A stretch of DNA of 64,000 bases, taken from Alphaproteobacteria bacterium. GTDB taxonomy: Bacteria; Pseudomonadota; Alphaproteobacteria; RF32; CAG-239. Where the stretch lies: contig JAGAZZ010000021.1 in the NCBI GenBank assembly GCA_017939155.1, forward strand, positions 40,204-104,203, given 5' to 3'. Numbering within the stretch: position 1 is the stretch's first letter; the number at the start of each line of letters is the position of its first letter. Positions 61,600 to 64,000 of the stretch are shown piece after piece. The notes under the pieces were generated by a model that saw nothing but the letters and a program-made list of their open reading frames with translations, was not told the DNA's origin and ran no database searches. The position numbers and the translations under genes were made by a program.

Positions 61600-62445
61600 T
61601 TTCTTAATTCCGAAGTAATACCACTCGGCGCCGATTTCAGCTCTCAAATTCGGTAACAAAATAAACCCGTCATTTGGCGCCGTTAAAACCTCGCCGTTAT
61701 CATATTGAGCAATAACCTCACCTGCTTTGATTTCATCTAAGTGTTTATAATTTTTACAAAGCCGCCCTTCTTTCTTTTTAACCACATATCCTTGCATTAA
61801 GATATGTGTCTTAGGTCTCTCCGCCGGCTTTTCTTTCTCAATCATTTCAAAACCAGCCAACGTATTGATAATCGCGCTGTATGCAATCTCAATAGCCTCA
61901 ACGCTTTTATGATACCCGCATTCAAGCGTGGTTGCTGTTTTGCCGAAATCATGCGCCGCCCTTTCGGTTGAAAAATCCTCGATTTCACAATTTCCGGCAT
62001 AAATTTGCGGCCATCCCTCTAAAACATACCCCACATCAAGTCCGGCAATCAGCTTTTGGTTATTCACATCCGGATAATCGCAAAAAGCAAACGGCACATC
62101 CCCCTCACAATGGGTCGAGTGTAAATCAAGCAGTACATCATGTTTCTGAATCAACGGACATAATTCATTAGCAAGCCGTTGTTCGTATGTTTTCGGTTCT
62201 TCAAAAATTTTAATAACCCGATTAAGATTCTCATCAATCTGGCGCACATCTTTGGCATACGCTTGCGCATTACAAACCGGCACCAAGGTCAAACAACCTG
62301 AACAAAGTCTGATTTTTCCCGCCTCAAATTCTTTTAACAATCGCCTGATAGCATTTGTCCCCGCCGTTTCATTGCCATGAATAGCCGCAAAGACAAGCAG
62401 CTTTACCCCCTTTTTTTCTCCCTCAAATGTATATTTTTCAATCAT
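61594..62445 (-). CDS. Succinylglutamate desuccinylase/aspartoacylase family (M14) protein
   Basis: IHGNETAG, NLNR, LDLHST, TLECG. Confidence 0.9.
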   Translation of the reverse strand: MIEKYTFEGEKKGVKLLVFAAIHGNETAGTNAIRRLLKEFEAGKIRLCSGCLTLVPVCNAQAYAKDVRQIDENLNRVIKIFEEPKTYEQRLANELCPLIQKHDVLLDLHSTHCEGDVPFAFCDYPDVNNQKLIAGLDVGYVLEGWPQIYAGNCEIEDFSTERAAHDFGKTATTLECGYHKSVEAIEIAYSAIINTLAGFEMIEKEKPAERPKTHILMQGYVVKKKEGRLCKNYKHLDEIKAGEVIAQYDNGEVLTAPNDGFILLPNLRAEIGAEWYYFGIKKS

Positions 62446-62446
62446 T

Positions 62447-62791
62447 TCAAGACTGCTCCAAAACGCTGATAAAATTTTTATATCTCTCCTTGTATTGCCC
62501 TTCATATTTTCCGGCAATTTCCATTAAAGACTTTTGCTCGCGAAACCGCCCAAGCAACACCTCATCTGTTTTAACGCTCAAAACTTCCGTCCCCTCGTCA
62601 TAAGAAAGATACAATCTGATTAATTGTGCTTTCAACGGATAAGCCATTATTTCATCATAATATTTTTTTGCTAGCTTAAAGCTAACAGTCAGCTCAGCCG
62701 TTTCTGCCGCCAACGCACGCGCAACTGTCACTTGGCGGATAAACTCCATAATCAAAATCGGTGCAAAAGAAATTTCAGTATTTTCTTCCAT
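62447..62791 (-). CDS. Hypothetical protein
   Basis: 114-aa ORF ending immediately upstream of the M14 gene. Confidence 0.7.
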   Translation of the reverse strand: MEENTEISFAPILIMEFIRQVTVARALAAETAELTVSFKLAKKYYDEIMAYPLKAQLIRLYLSYDEGTEVLSVKTDEVLLGRFREQKSLMEIAGKYEGQYKERYKNFISVLEQS

Positions 62792-62909
62792 AATTTTTTT
62801 TCATCCCAAACTTATCAATAAGCCGAGTCTACTCATTTTCTACCGAAAAGTCAAAAAAAAGTTCTTCTTTTGACAAGAAGAACTTAAATTTTTCTTCATA
62901 CAAAAAAGC

Positions 62910-63059
62910 TTATTTGCCGCAAGGAGCAACAATTTCGCTCAAAGACAAAACGCCAAGCAAATAATCATTTGTGCAAACTTTTTGATTGCCGATATGACCA
63001 CGAGCGCCTGTGCAAGCAGACAAAGCTAACAAAACAACGACAACAGCTAACTTTTTCAT
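62910..63059 (-). CDS. Small lipoprotein, YhfL/DUF4223-like (below the ORF-track cutoff)
   Basis: MKKLAVVVVLLALSAC-TGARGHIGNQKVCTNDYLLGVLSLSEIVAPCGK (49 aa), AAGGA SD; resembles the E. coli YhfL pattern TGHIEN..NCSYDYLL..CG. Confidence 0.8.
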   Translation of the reverse strand: MKKLAVVVVLLALSACTGARGHIGNQKVCTNDYLLGVLSLSEIVAPCGK

Positions 63060-63192
63060 AATAAAGTCCTTTCAAAAATTTCGTTCCATCAAAGCGGCTA
63101 CCCGCTTACATAAAAATATTAAAGTCTGTATTCTAAAAGTCAAAATCAAATATTTCGTTGAGTATAACTTCAAAAACTCACGTTATTTCAAA

Positions 63193-64000
63193 TTAATACT
63201 TTATCTTTTCCCTCTGCCAGCCTTTCGCCGCCCGGCAAAGGCAATCATTATAAAAACAATTACTCATTTTTTGAGGCACCGCAATCCGTCCGGCAATAAT
63301 TTTTTGCCCGGTAACTTCCGGTACGTCCCAAGCCTGTCCTTCGAGTCGACATCGCGCCATATCGGCAAAAGCCCGCGCTTCCATATACGCGCCAAAATCA
63401 GAATATCGCACCTTAAAACCTCCCGAACATCGCCTCAACAGAGAAGCAAACGCCTCTTTATGCTCCGGCAAAACAAACCCATTCCCGCCAAGAAGCGCAC
63501 AAAAATCATCATACACCACCGGATTTTTCCATCCCCCGCCAAATAACACCATCTCTTTGGGGATTTTAATTTCAGCCGACACAAGGCTTAACGCCTGCAC
63601 GGCGATATAAGCCGCAAAATATTCAAATGTCCACACCGCGTTTTCAAACAAAATACCGCGCTTTCGCACATATTCAAAGACATCTTCCTTAAAATAATAA
63701 GCCGGGTCGCCGGATTTGGGTAACACCTGTTCATAATATTTTCTCCCGACATCAAACAAAAACCCCACCATCTCTTTATCAAGCTGTCCTTGTTTGCCAA
63801 ACATCCCGTCAACATCATACGCATAAGCTGAATTTTGTCTGATAAAATTATCCGTATATTCATTAAAAGGTCCCGTATCAGTAGCTAAAATCGCTTTTTT
63901 ATCAGCAATAAGCGCAAAATTAGCCGTATTTCCGCCATTAAAATAGCACCCCTCTCCCTCAATTGCCGCAATTCGTGCGTTATGTGGCGCCGCCATTGGC
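63193..64000 (-). CDS. anmK: Anhydro-N-acetylmuramic acid kinase (5' end outside the window)
   Basis: NGGNTAN, DTGPFN, YDVDG..G..G, LPKS, GGGWKN, EARAFA. Confidence 0.82.
   Translation of the reverse strand, partial: PMAAPHNARIAAIEGEGCYFNGGNTANFALIADKKAILATDTGPFNEYTDNFIRQNSAYAYDVDGMFGKQGQLDKEMVGFLFDVGRKYYEQVLPKSGDPAYYFKEDVFEYVRKRGILFENAVWTFEYFAAYIAVQALSLVSAEIKIPKEMVLFGGGWKNPVVYDDFCALLGGNGFVLPEHKEAFASLLRRCSGGFKVRYSDFGAYMEARAFADMARCRLEGQAWDVPEVTGQKIIAGRIAVPQKMSNCFYNDCLCRAAKGWQREKIKY

Noticed and set aside
63010-63546. 178-aa plus-strand ORF
   Set aside because: Overlaps anmK and the small lipoprotein on the opposite strand; no recognisable motifs.

Overview
AT-rich bacterial chromosome segment. 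The housekeeping genes and their order (rplU-rpmA-obgE-rsfS, tRNA-Trp...secE-nusG, DUF2066/AI-2E) suggest an alphaproteobacterium. Class III RNR, pta-ackA, peptidoglycan-recycling genes and missing biosynthetic neighbours suggest a host-associated anaerobe (inference). Housekeeping loci: rplU, rpmA, obgE, rsfS, secE, nusG, rpsU, trpS, serS, gyrB, split nrdD/nrdG, lepA, pta, ackA, typA, pntAB, mpl/ldcA and anmK. The most unusual region is about 5.7 kb between tRNA-Trp and secE. It holds rtT-like 176-bp tRNA-linked repeats, followed by two tandem integrase-free mini-elements (about 960 and 560 bp). Their junctions read like attL / attP / attR built on the tRNA 3' end, with IHF sites and inverted arm repeats, suggesting a tRNA-anchored gene-cassette array. 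Other notable signals: an unannotated Arg-rich leader peptide with an attenuator upstream of a GNAT gene; a family of ~30-bp IS3-end-like palindromes inside terminator hairpins; a shared SD-less leader motif on orphan genes; a duplicated GT-C glycosyltransferase cluster; and a CoaD-HD fusion. No CRISPR array, rRNA, integrase or transposase was seen.
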